Part shown: in pieces, positions 38,828 through 48,575 of the stretch
Layout of the letters: each line of letters opens with the position of its first letter
Numbering within the stretch: the stretch's first letter is position 1
Source of the DNA: Bacillota bacterium
Lineage (GTDB): Bacteria > Bacillota > Clostridia > TANB77 > CAG-465
Direction: 5' to 3'
Length of the DNA: 64,000 bases
Assembly: GCA_023460235.1 (NCBI GenBank)
Contig: JAEWRE010000043.1
Location: 42-64,041 of the forward strand
Notes under the pieces: generated by a model
Told to the model about the DNA's origin: nothing
Seen by the model: the letters and a program-made list of their open reading frames with translations, nothing else
Databases searched by the model: none
Program-made: the position numbers and the translations under genes

Positions 38828-38847
38828 ATAATTATATGGAGGTATAT

Positions 38848-39312
38848 ATGCTTAGTCAAAATCCAGATGAAATCTTAAAGAGAATAATAAATGTAAAACA
38901 AGTTCTAAAAGATAAATTAGCTATTGAGACTGATAAAGATGAAAGAGAATTTATTGAGATGGATATTAAATCTATTAACAAATTGTTTGATAGCTTAGCT
39001 GATTATACAAAAGCAGCTTTTGTAGATGAAGAAAAAAATGCAAATCTGAAAGGACTAATGGAAAGATGTAAGGATATAGAAGAATATCATTATAAATTTG
39101 AAGAAATAGAAAAAAGTAGGAAAATGAAGCATGATAAGTTAATAATTTCTTTAAAAATGGCAGATCAAATTTGTGAATTAAATGGAGTGGAACCCATATA
39201 TGGTGAGCTTGGAAAATATAAAAATGATACATCTGAGTTATTAGATATGAAAAACTATTCTAAGCCACGGTATTATAGAAACAAGGAAAAAAATAGGGAA
39301 TTGGGGTTTTAA
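38848..39312 (+). CDS. Hypothetical protein (~154 aa).
   Basis: ATG at 38848 preceded by GGAGG; the track start at 38836 is itself within the RBS. Confidence 0.4.
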   Translation: MLSQNPDEILKRIINVKQVLKDKLAIETDKDEREFIEMDIKSINKLFDSLADYTKAAFVDEEKNANLKGLMERCKDIEEYHYKFEEIEKSRKMKHDKLIISLKMADQICELNGVEPIYGELGKYKNDTSELLDMKNYSKPRYYRNKEKNRELGF

Positions 39313-39550
39313 TTTTGTTATTGCTTCAACTGCTAGCCTTGTTGTTGAAAAAGATGTTCTAAAAAAATTTAATAAAGATTATGATAATTTTTTTATTATG
39401 GCAAATACAATGAAAAATATGGATATTACAAAAAAATTAAGTGATATGACTGATAAAACGAATATTTCAAGATAGGATATTTTAAAGTTTAGTTGACATA
39501 AATTAAAAAATGTGTTATAATTAATATGATTAAAATTTGGAGGAAATTCT

Positions 39551-39868
39551 ATGAATAAAGAATATCAAAAACTCTTAGAAATAAGTGAAAAGTTAAACAG
39601 TGATGAATTAATAATATTTAATGATTCATGTAATAGAATAAAGGAAATATTTAGTTTATTAATTGATAACTCAATGTTAAAAATAACTGAACAAGCTCAG
39701 AAAAATATTGATATGAGTATCTATTATGATGCAGCAAAAAATATAAATTCTTTAGGGAAAAAAGTCGGTGTGAATATTTGCGTTCCTGAAGAGGATGAAT
39801 ATTTGTTTTGCATGTATGCAATCAAATACGGTAGTGAAGTATTATTTTTAAATCAGAGTAAGCAATAA
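39551..39868 (+). CDS. Hypothetical protein, 105 aa.
   Basis: RBS GGAGG. Confidence 0.4.
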   Translation: MNKEYQKLLEISEKLNSDELIIFNDSCNRIKEIFSLLIDNSMLKITEQAQKNIDMSIYYDAAKNINSLGKKVGVNICVPEEDEYLFCMYAIKYGSEVLFLNQSKQ

Positions 39869-39886
39869 TAATGCTTTATTACATAA

Positions 39887-39930
39887 AAAAAACAAGTCTT
39901 AGTAGTATAAGACTTGTTATTTTTTTATTC
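39887..39930. terminator. Bidirectional terminator (AACAAGTCTTA...TAAGACTTGTT, with A-run upstream and T-run downstream).
   Basis: 11-bp inverted repeat between convergent genes. Confidence 0.6.
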
Positions 39931-42300
39931 TAATACAATAACATTATTTTTTACTTCAATATTAAATTTTATATTTTCTTTTACATTGCCTTTCAAGAAT
40001 TCAATTGCAATTAAATCTTCAATATGTCTTTGAATAATACGTCTAAGTGGTCTAGCACCAAACTTATCATTATATCCTGTTTTTACAATGAATTCTACAA
40101 CTTCTGGAGAATATTCAAATATAATATGTTTTTCTTCAGTTTCTTTTTGAAGTTCTTTTAACATTAAATCAGCAATTTTTAACATATCATCATGATCTAA
40201 TTTATTAAATGAAATAATATCATCAATTCTATTTAAAAACTCAGGTGTGAAGAATTCCTTTAGAGCTTCACTTGCTTTCATTTCAAGTTTATCTTGTTCT
40301 ATTTGATTATTTGCAAATCCATAACCATCACTTTTAAAGTTTGTTCCAAGATTTGAAGTAAGAACTATTACTGTGTGTTTAAATGAAACTGTTTTTCCAT
40401 GTGAATCTGTAAGTCGTCCTTCATCTAATATTTGAAGAAGCATGTTATATATGCTTTGATGAGCTTTTTCAATTTCATCAAAAAGTATAATACTATATGG
40501 ATTTCTTCTTATTTTTTCAGTTAACTGTCCAGCATCATCATATCCAACATATCCTGGAGGAGAACCAATTAATTTTGAAGTTGAATGAGCTTCTGTATAC
40601 TCAGACATATCTAGTTTTATAACTGCGTTTTCATTATCAAATAATTCATATGCTAAGGCTTTAACTAAAGCGGTTTTACCAACACCAGTAGGACCTACAA
40701 ATATAAATGAAGGTGGCCTTTCAATATTTCTAATATTAGCTCTTTTTCTAAGTATTGCATTAGAAATAGCTTCAATAGCTTTATTTTGACCTATAATTTT
40801 CTTTTCTAGATTACCTTTTAAACTAAGTAATTTTGTAGTTTCAGCAGTCTTAATTCTCATAACCGGTATTTTAGTCCATAATTCAATTACTTGAGCTAAA
40901 TCATCAAATTCAACATTTTTAGGTTTACTTGTCTTCTTTAAATTTTCAAGTTCAGTTTCAATTTTGCATATTTCAACTTTTAATTTAGCTACAATTTCAA
41001 AGGTAGGAACTTCTGATACATTAGTTTCAGTTGATTTTTTTGTATCATCAAGTTGTATATCGTTTTCAAGTTTTTCTTGTTTTTCTTTTAACTCAACTAA
41101 TTTTTTTTCAGATTTTTCAATCTTTGATAAATTAATATCATCAAGATTTACTCTTGCACAAGCTTCGTCAAGTAAATCAATTGCTTTATCTGGTAGAAAT
41201 CTATCATGAATATACTTATCAGAAAGACTTACAGCATCTTTTAATATTTCATCACTTAGCACTACTTTATGATAATCTTCATAGTAAGATTTAACACCTT
41301 TTAATATTTCAAAACAGTCTTTTGCATTTGGTTCATCAACAATTACTGGTTGAAACCTTCTTTCAAGCGCACTGTCTTTTTCAATATATTGTCTATATTC
41401 TTTTAAAGTAGTTGCTCCAATAAGTTGAACAGTACCATTTGCAAGAGCAGGTTTTAACATATTAGCTGCATTCATAGAATTATCATGTTCTAATCCACCA
41501 ACTATATTATGAACTTCATCAATAGCAAGAATTATATTACCAAAAGATTTACTTTCATCAATTAAACCTTTTATTCTTGATTCAAATTGTCCCCTAAATT
41601 GTGTTCCTGCTACAAGTGAAGTCATATCGATAAGATAAACTTCTTTATCAATTAATTTTGCAGGTACATTTCCAGAAGCGATTTCTATTGCAAGAGCATT
41701 TACAATTGCAGTTTTACCAACACCGGGTTCTCCAATTAAAGCAGGATTGTTTTTACTTCTTCTGTTTAATATCTGGATTACTCTTTGCAATTCAGTGTGT
41801 CTACCTATAACTTTATCAAGCTTTCCTTCTCTTGCTTTTCTAGTTAAATTTTCTCCGAAAGTGTCTAAATATTTTGTTTTTCTATTTTTCTTACCTTTAG
41901 AAGATTTTGCTCCTCTTGTTTTTTCTTCATCGTCATCATTTTCGGAATTATTTTCTTCTACATCATCATTGCTTTTTTCATTTTTAAACGGAAATATTCC
42001 ACCAAGTCCTGCTGGAAAAGAAAAACCTTTTTTTGAATTATTTTCGCCATTTTCTTCATTTCCATCAATGAAACCATTTAACATATCTTCAAATTGAGTA
42101 GACATATTTTCCATATCTTCATCGGACATATTAGTCATTTCTTTCATTATATTTGAAAGAGGATCAATTCCTTGCTTTTTTGCACAATCTATACACAGTC
42201 CAGTAGTTTCATTTGTGGATTTACCATCTTTATCTAATTTATTTATGAATACTACTGCCATGTTTTTTTTACATACAGAACATAGCATAATTTTTATCAC
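39925..42300 (-). CDS. clpE: Clp ATPase of the ClpE type: N-terminal CxxC...CxxC zinc finger, two AAA+ modules ('GEPGVGKTA', 'GPTGVGKTA').
   Basis: RBS AGGAGTG; domain order read directly; 791 aa. Confidence 0.8.
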   Translation of the reverse strand: MIKIMLCSVCKKNMAVVFINKLDKDGKSTNETTGLCIDCAKKQGIDPLSNIMKEMTNMSDEDMENMSTQFEDMLNGFIDGNEENGENNSKKGFSFPAGLGGIFPFKNEKSNDDVEENNSENDDDEEKTRGAKSSKGKKNRKTKYLDTFGENLTRKAREGKLDKVIGRHTELQRVIQILNRRSKNNPALIGEPGVGKTAIVNALAIEIASGNVPAKLIDKEVYLIDMTSLVAGTQFRGQFESRIKGLIDESKSFGNIILAIDEVHNIVGGLEHDNSMNAANMLKPALANGTVQLIGATTLKEYRQYIEKDSALERRFQPVIVDEPNAKDCFEILKGVKSYYEDYHKVVLSDEILKDAVSLSDKYIHDRFLPDKAIDLLDEACARVNLDDINLSKIEKSEKKLVELKEKQEKLENDIQLDDTKKSTETNVSEVPTFEIVAKLKVEICKIETELENLKKTSKPKNVEFDDLAQVIELWTKIPVMRIKTAETTKLLSLKGNLEKKIIGQNKAIEAISNAILRKRANIRNIERPPSFIFVGPTGVGKTALVKALAYELFDNENAVIKLDMSEYTEAHSTSKLIGSPPGYVGYDDAGQLTEKIRRNPYSIILFDEIEKAHQSIYNMLLQILDEGRLTDSHGKTVSFKHTVIVLTSNLGTNFKSDGYGFANNQIEQDKLEMKASEALKEFFTPEFLNRIDDIISFNKLDHDDMLKIADLMLKELQKETEEKHIIFEYSPEVVEFIVKTGYNDKFGARPLRRIIQRHIEDLIAIEFLKGNVKENIKFNIEVKNNVIVLE

Positions 42301-42492
42301 TCCTATAAAAACTAATATATATTATATTTCCTTATAATATATATCATACTTAATAGTATACCATAGATTAAATATTTTTACAATAATATAAATTATGCTA
42401 ATGATTATAAAAAATATTGACAATACTATGAAATGTGATATACTAACAGAAAATAATTTCTAAAGACTTTTTAATTATGAAAGGAGAAAAAT

Positions 42493-42753
42493 ATGATACA
42501 ATATATTAAAAATTGGTTTTACAATGTGGTTTTAGAACAAAAACGGTATTATACATTTCTTTTAATTAGTTTTGTATTATCATTATTTTTTGCGCCATAT
42601 TTATTCAGTAGTGCAGATATACAAAATGTAATATTTAAGCTATTTGGTACTTTAATAATTTGCATTTATTTAGCAATTATATGTATATTACCAATATTAT
42701 ATATCTGTTACTTTTCTCTTATAGCATTGTATAAGTACATACTTAAATTATAA
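42493..42753 (+). CDS. Small membrane protein, 86 aa.
   Basis: RBS AAAGGAG; terminator CCTGAT...ATCAGG-T7 at 42808-42836. Confidence 0.4.
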   Translation: MIQYIKNWFYNVVLEQKRYYTFLLISFVLSLFFAPYLFSSADIQNVIFKLFGTLIICIYLAIICILPILYICYFSLIALYKYILKL

Positions 42754-42952
42754 GTAAAATCTAAGTATAAATAACTTTGTTAATTTAACTTCCTAATTAA
42801 TAATAAAAAGCCTGATAAATAATCAGGTTTTTTTATATAATATAATAATTATATAAATTTATTAAGTATTGATAATTATAATTTATTGACTTTTACTAAA
42901 ATATAATATATATTCTATGTATATTTAAATTGTTATATTGAAAGGAAATATT

Positions 42953-43519
42953 ATGATATATATAGCTTTATTAAGAGGGGTAAATGTTGGAGGAAATAAT
43001 AAAATTCAAATGCCTAAATTGAAAAAGTGCTTTGAAAATATCGGATTTAAAAATGTTACCACATATATTAATAGTGGAAATGTTATTTTTGAAAGTGAAG
43101 AATTAAATAAAATGGGCATTATAGCTAAGTGCATTGATGTTATTGAAGCTGAATTTTGTGTCGCTGTAGATTTAGAAATTATAGGACTTAGTGAATTAGA
43201 ATATGCTTTGAAAAATGCACCTGATTGGTGGGGTAGTGATGAGGACTCAAAACATAATGCTATATTTGTAATTGAACCTACCAAGCCAGAACAAATTATT
43301 AATGATATAGGAGAGATAAATCCAGAATATGAAAAGATATATGTTTGTGGCAGAGTTATATTTTGGAGTGCTAATATAAAAACATATTCACGAACAAGGT
43401 TATCTAAAATTGTTGGAAAAAGTTTATACAGAAGTATTACAATACGTAATTACAACACGACAAAAAAATTACTAGAAATAGCGTTAAGTAAAGAGAATAG
43501 AGAAGGAGAAATATTATGA
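42953..43519 (+). CDS. DUF1697-family protein ('LLRGVNVGGNNKIQM' signature).
   Basis: ATG at 42953; signature motif read. Confidence 0.55.
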   Translation: MIYIALLRGVNVGGNNKIQMPKLKKCFENIGFKNVTTYINSGNVIFESEELNKMGIIAKCIDVIEAEFCVAVDLEIIGLSELEYALKNAPDWWGSDEDSKHNAIFVIEPTKPEQIINDIGEINPEYEKIYVCGRVIFWSANIKTYSRTRLSKIVGKSLYRSITIRNYNTTKKLLEIALSKENREGEIL

Positions 43520-43998
43520 GTTTTTCAGTTTTTGGTCTTATATTAGTAATTTTAATACTAATACCAAGTATAATATTTGGAGTGAAATATAGCCCTATAG
43601 ATACACCTGCAAATATTGATAAAACATCTAATGTTTTTAAAATTATGGAGAAAATAGGGCAGATCGGATGTATAATTGTTTTACTATTTTTGGATGTAAA
43701 AGTTGAAGCAAGTATAAAATATTATTCTTTTTTAGTTATAATAATATTATTATATGTACTATATTATTATTGTTGGATAAGATATGTACTTAATGGAAGA
43801 CAGTATGTATTTCTTGGCAGTAAATTGTTATTTATTCCAATACCACTTGCAACAATACCATCTTTAATATTTTTTATAACAGGCATATTTAATAATTCAA
43901 TAATATTGGTTTTGCTAAGCATTATTTTTGCAATTTCACATATAAAAATTAGTTATGATAATTACTTAGAAGCAAAAAAGGAAAAAAGCTTGAATTAG
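43516..43998 (+). CDS. Integral membrane protein, 160 aa.
   Basis: RBS GAAGGAG; 4-5 TM helices. A bidirectional terminator (AAAGCTTGAA/TTCAAGCTTT) overlaps the stop. Confidence 0.45.
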   Translation: MSFSVFGLILVILILIPSIIFGVKYSPIDTPANIDKTSNVFKIMEKIGQIGCIIVLLFLDVKVEASIKYYSFLVIIILLYVLYYYCWIRYVLNGRQYVFLGSKLLFIPIPLATIPSLIFFITGIFNNSIILVLLSIIFAISHIKISYDNYLEAKKEKSLN

Positions 43999-44993
43999 AT
44001 TTCAAGCTTTTTGTTGACTAATATTTCAAGTATTTGTACTGCATTTGTAGCAGCACCTTTTCTTAAATTATCTCCAACTACCCACATATTTATTCCATTT
44101 TTAACACTAAAGTCCCTTCTTATTCTTCCAACAAAAATTTCATCTTTACCATCAACAAATGTGTTTAAAGGATATATATTTCTAGTTATATCATCAAGCA
44201 CAACTAAACCGTCTACTTTATTTAAATCTTGCTTTAATTCTTCAATATCAAATTCATTTTCCAACTCAACATTTATACTTTCTGCATGACAGTTAATAAT
44301 TGGTACTCTTACTGCAGTTGCGGTTATAGGCAAGTCTGACAAATCTAGTATTTTTCTTGTTTCTTCAATCAGTTTCATTTCTTCTTTTGTATAACTATTT
44401 TCAAGAAATACATCAATTTGAGGAATACAATTATTATATATTTTATGTGGTAGTTTAGTTGGTTCTATACCACTTTCACTATTTCTTAAATCATTTATTC
44501 CTGTCATACCAGCACCAGATACAGCCTGATATGTAGAATATATAACTCTTTTTAATGTATATTTATCTTGTAGTTTTTTTAGCGCAACAACAGCTTGTAT
44601 AGTTGAGCAGTTTGGATTTGCTATTATTCCTTTATTCTCAAATATTTTATCAGCATTAACTTCTGGAACTACAAGTGGTACATCTTCTTTCATCCTAAAT
44701 GTACTACTGTTATCTATTACAATGCATCCATTATTTGCAGCTATTGGTGCAAATTTATTACTTACACTTCCACCAGCAGAAAAAAGTGCATAATTAAATC
44801 TGTTATTATCAAAAGAATTCTCAGTTAATTCTTCAACTATATATTCCTTTCCTAAAAAACTAATTTTTTTGCCTTTTGATTTACTAGATGCAAGAAGAAC
44901 ATAATTATCTATTGGTAAATTCTTCTCTTCTAGAATTTTTAAAAAAGTTGATCCAACAAGGCCTGTTGCACCAACAATTGCACAATTTATCAT
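43995..44993 (-). CDS. asd: Aspartate-semialdehyde dehydrogenase.
   Basis: 'VGATGLVG' NAD motif and catalytic 'NPNCSTI'; RBS GAGGTG. Confidence 0.9.
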   Translation of the reverse strand: MINCAIVGATGLVGSTFLKILEEKNLPIDNYVLLASSKSKGKKISFLGKEYIVEELTENSFDNNRFNYALFSAGGSVSNKFAPIAANNGCIVIDNSSTFRMKEDVPLVVPEVNADKIFENKGIIANPNCSTIQAVVALKKLQDKYTLKRVIYSTYQAVSGAGMTGINDLRNSESGIEPTKLPHKIYNNCIPQIDVFLENSYTKEEMKLIEETRKILDLSDLPITATAVRVPIINCHAESINVELENEFDIEELKQDLNKVDGLVVLDDITRNIYPLNTFVDGKDEIFVGRIRRDFSVKNGINMWVVGDNLRKGAATNAVQILEILVNKKLEI

Positions 44994-45076
44994 TAAATGT
45001 CACCTCAGTAAAATATATGGCGATAAATTTAATTTTATGATATTTATTAACATTTACAAAAAAATGATGCGTTATC

Positions 45077-45817
45077 CTAAGATAACACATCACACAAATA
45101 AATAGATTTGGGTTTAAGATATAATTTTTCTGTATTGTGACCATATGTACAGTTATAACACAGATTTTGAGATTTTTCCATAATTTCCATTAGATTGACA
45201 CGCTTAGATTCTTGATTTAAAAAGGTAACATTAACCATTCTTTTTCTGGCATCTTCAAAACTTATAATTTCTTCTTTTGCATCGGTAATTATAAACTTTA
45301 AACCATCAGTTGGAGCTTGTGTTGTTAAAACTTTTGACAGTTCTGTTACAAGCTGTTCTGAATTTTCTTCTGAAAGAAGTCCTATTTTTATTGCTTTAAA
45401 TACAAAATTCAATATAGTAGTATCTTCATTTGATAAATACATTGATGGTTCCAGAATCTTTGAGGATAATTTTTTTAATATATCAAGAACCTTAAATCCA
45501 AAATCTAGATTTATAGAACCATTTAAAATGCCATTAATAAGGCGCAAGGTACATAAATCGCAGTCGTACACATTTGAATCAAAGTAGATTCTTTCAATTA
45601 ATGGAATAATATTTCTCACATGCTGTTCAGATTTAGACCTACATACTTTATTAAGTGGCTCAATTATAGGAATTTTTTTTTCAAAAGAATACCTTACAAT
45701 TTTTCCCGTATATACGCCATCGTAGTTTGGATCTAAAGTTTTATCTATTAATGTAAACTTCCGATCATTTAAAGAGATTACTTTATAAGTACCACCACTA
45801 CAAATAAATAATAGCAT
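45077..45817 (-). CDS. Hypothetical protein, 246 aa (Cys cluster near the C-terminus).
   Basis: RBS GGGAGGA. Confidence 0.5.
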   Translation of the reverse strand: MLLFICSGGTYKVISLNDRKFTLIDKTLDPNYDGVYTGKIVRYSFEKKIPIIEPLNKVCRSKSEQHVRNIIPLIERIYFDSNVYDCDLCTLRLINGILNGSINLDFGFKVLDILKKLSSKILEPSMYLSNEDTTILNFVFKAIKIGLLSEENSEQLVTELSKVLTTQAPTDGLKFIITDAKEEIISFEDARKRMVNVTFLNQESKRVNLMEIMEKSQNLCYNCTYGHNTEKLYLKPKSIYLCDVLS

Positions 45818-45905
45818 AATTTTCCTCCCTTATTAAAAAAGATTTTATAATATAATAACTAAATTACTAGAATTATATCATAAAATCTTTTTTATGTCAA
45901 TTATC

Positions 45906-46505
45906 CTATGGATGTACTAAATTATATAGTACTTCTGGATTAATATATATATTAAATGATGAAAATGCAAAATTTATAAAATATCCGACAACTATAAAAA
46001 GTGCAAGCCTTTTTGTTATATTTTGTGGTACAAAAGATATAATCTTTAATATGAATGGTTGCATGAAGAATATATAACAAGTTCCAAGAATTCCCCAACC
46101 AATTAATATTGGTACTGTTGTATAATCAAGTATTACAAGAAAACTTCCTCTATAATTCCACATTTCTATGTTAAATACATACTTCAATAATAAACCACTT
46201 ATTAATTCAAAAGCTCCCATAAATACTGCAGATGTAAAAAATGCATATGGAATATTTACTTTACTTGGTTTTAAATTATAAAACAATAAGTAAAGTATTA
46301 TAGCACCGAACCCATAGATTGAACAAAATGGGCCAAACAACATTCCACGATCTGAAAATCTTCCAAATGTTGCATAAACGAAACAAACTTCAACTACCCA
46401 TCCAATCATGGCACATATTAAAAAAATATACACCATCTCTACAAGTGATCTTTTTTTATCTTCAACTTTTGCGAGTCTAGTCGTGTAAGTTGTAATTCTG
46501 TTCAT
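45906..46505 (-). CDS. Integral membrane protein (~199 aa, 5-6 TM helices).
   Basis: ATG at 46505 with AGGAAGTGG upstream. Confidence 0.5.
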   Translation of the reverse strand: MNRITTYTTRLAKVEDKKRSLVEMVYIFLICAMIGWVVEVCFVYATFGRFSDRGMLFGPFCSIYGFGAIILYLLFYNLKPSKVNIPYAFFTSAVFMGAFELISGLLLKYVFNIEMWNYRGSFLVILDYTTVPILIGWGILGTCYIFFMQPFILKIISFVPQNITKRLALFIVVGYFINFAFSSFNIYINPEVLYNLVHP

Positions 46506-47433
46506 TAAAACCACTTCCTAACTTATTTAAATAATACGATTTTTCTAATTCAATAACTATTTTATTCATATAATATAATTTCATATCCTCTTTGAAACTA
46601 AATTTATATTTATATGCAAATAATAATTGTTTAAATATTTTAAATTTCCTATTAATTTCATTTTTTCCATACATTTGATCACCAATTATAGGGTGAGATA
46701 TACTGGACATCTGAGCTCTAATTTGATGAGTTTTACCAGTATGAATTAAAACATTCAATACTGCATAATCATTTTTTAAATTACAATCTATTACTGAATA
46801 CTCTGTAACTATCTTTTTACTATTTTTTACTTCATTATCATATATTTTAGAATATCCTGTTTTTGTGTCTTTTAAAATATATTTTTGAAGAATATCATTT
46901 TTCTTTTCAAAATTAGCACCAGATACATATGCAATATAATTTTTTTCAATGTATCCATTTTTAAAAGCCATATTTAATTCATTAAAAGATTCATCATTTA
47001 ATGCAAATATAACAATTCCTGCAGTGTTTCTATCAAGTCTGTGACAAATTTTTGCATTCTGATATTTTTCTATAACAATATCATCTAATGTAGGTTCTAA
47101 AAATCCAGTTTTTTGGAAAAACTCATCTTCAGAAACATATTCATTATTTGAAAGAATACCTTGCTTTTTAAATACTGCAAGTACATTATCATCTTTATAG
47201 ATTACTTCTAAATTGTTATCAAGATTAAAAAGTATCTTGTCATCAATATATATAGTAAGTTTATCATGGTCATTTAAAAGTAAGTCTTTATTCGTTCTAA
47301 TATTATTAATTTTTATATCTTTATTTCTTAATGCTTTATATAAATAATTTACTGACATATTTGGAAATAAATCAGTTAAATATTTAGTTAATTTCATCTG
47401 CTTTTTACAATTTTCTACAAAAATTTCTCTCAT
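46477..47433 (-). CDS. RluA-family pseudouridine synthase ('HRLDRNTAG' catalytic motif).
   Basis: Motif read directly; 318 aa. Confidence 0.8.
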   Translation of the reverse strand: MREIFVENCKKQMKLTKYLTDLFPNMSVNYLYKALRNKDIKINNIRTNKDLLLNDHDKLTIYIDDKILFNLDNNLEVIYKDDNVLAVFKKQGILSNNEYVSEDEFFQKTGFLEPTLDDIVIEKYQNAKICHRLDRNTAGIVIFALNDESFNELNMAFKNGYIEKNYIAYVSGANFEKKNDILQKYILKDTKTGYSKIYDNEVKNSKKIVTEYSVIDCNLKNDYAVLNVLIHTGKTHQIRAQMSSISHPIIGDQMYGKNEINRKFKIFKQLLFAYKYKFSFKEDMKLYYMNKIVIELEKSYYLNKLGSGFNEQNYNLHD

Positions 47434-47541
47434 AAAATTATTATAACCGTAATTTATGTAAAATGCAATGTTTTTATTGATTTTTCAAAAATTTTGTTAT
47501 ATAATTAGCCATAAAATGACTTAAATTAAGGAGTGTTCATT

Positions 47542-48561
47542 GTGAAAGAAGAATTGGAAAAAATTAGGCTTGAATCTATAAAAGAATTAGATGAAATTAA
47601 AGATAAACAAGGACTAGATGAAGTAAGAGTGAAATATTTGGGTAAAAAAGGTTCACTTACTTCTGTTCTTAAGACTTTAGGATCTTTAGAAGAAAGCGAG
47701 AGAAAAGAAATTGGAAAACTTGCAAATGAGATTAGAAGTGATATTGAAGAATATATTCAAAACAAACAAGAAAAATTAGAAAACTTAGAAATAGAAAATA
47801 AGATTAAAAACGAAAAAATCGATATATCAATATCAAAAGATGAAAAAAAATATGGACATAAACATCCACTTACAATAGTTTTTGATGATATAAAAGAGAT
47901 ATTCCTTGGTATGGGATATTCAGTTGCAGAAGGACCAGAAATTGAAACTACTTTCTTTAATTTTGATGCTCTAAATGCACCAGCTGATCATCCATCTCGT
48001 GATTTACAAGACACTATGTATATAACAGATAATATAATACTTAGAACACAGACTTCTCCAGTACAAGCAAGAACTATGCTAAAGGAAAAACCACCAATTA
48101 AAATAATTGCACCAGGTAGAGTATATAGATCTGATAGCGTGGATGCGACACATTCACCAATGTTTCATCAAGTTGAAGGTTTAGTTGTAGATAAAAATAT
48201 ATCTATGTCTGATTTAAAGGGAACTTTAGAATTATTTTCAAAGAAGATGTTTGGCGAAGATACTAAAATTAGACTTAGACCACATCATTTCCCATTTACT
48301 GAACCTAGCTGTGAAGTTGATGTTTCATGCTTTGTTTGCGGTGGAAAAGGTTGTAGAGTTTGTAAAGGTGAAGGTTGGATTGAGATACTTGGAGCAGGTC
48401 AAGTTCATCCAAATGTTTTAAAAGCGTGTAATATTGATCCAAATGAATATCAAGGTTTTGCATTTGGTGTTGGCGTTGAAAGAATAGCAATGATAAAATT
48501 TGGTATTAATGATATGAGATACATTTATGAAAATGATACTAGATTTTTAAATCAGTTTTAG
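47542..48561 (+). CDS. pheS: Phenylalanine--tRNA ligase alpha subunit.
   Basis: GTG at 47542 with RBS AAGGAG 8 nt upstream (track start 47533 overlaps the RBS); class II aaRS motifs. Confidence 0.9.
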   Translation: MKEELEKIRLESIKELDEIKDKQGLDEVRVKYLGKKGSLTSVLKTLGSLEESERKEIGKLANEIRSDIEEYIQNKQEKLENLEIENKIKNEKIDISISKDEKKYGHKHPLTIVFDDIKEIFLGMGYSVAEGPEIETTFFNFDALNAPADHPSRDLQDTMYITDNIILRTQTSPVQARTMLKEKPPIKIIAPGRVYRSDSVDATHSPMFHQVEGLVVDKNISMSDLKGTLELFSKKMFGEDTKIRLRPHHFPFTEPSCEVDVSCFVCGGKGCRVCKGEGWIEILGAGQVHPNVLKACNIDPNEYQGFAFGVGVERIAMIKFGINDMRYIYENDTRFLNQF

Positions 48562-48575
48562 GAGAGTGGTAAATA

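Noticed and set aside
38515-38859. 114-aa minus-strand ORF at the smc 3' end; also 35692-36069, 37665-37907, 40964-41209, 41747-42097 and 58539-58827.
   Set aside because: All antisense inside long, confidently identified genes (smc, clpE, virB4-like).
39313-39480. Short frame-2 open region (~55 codons, …FIMANTMKNMDITKKLSDMTDKTNISR) after ORF 38848-39312.
   Set aside because: No RBS and no start context; likely a gene remnant or noise.
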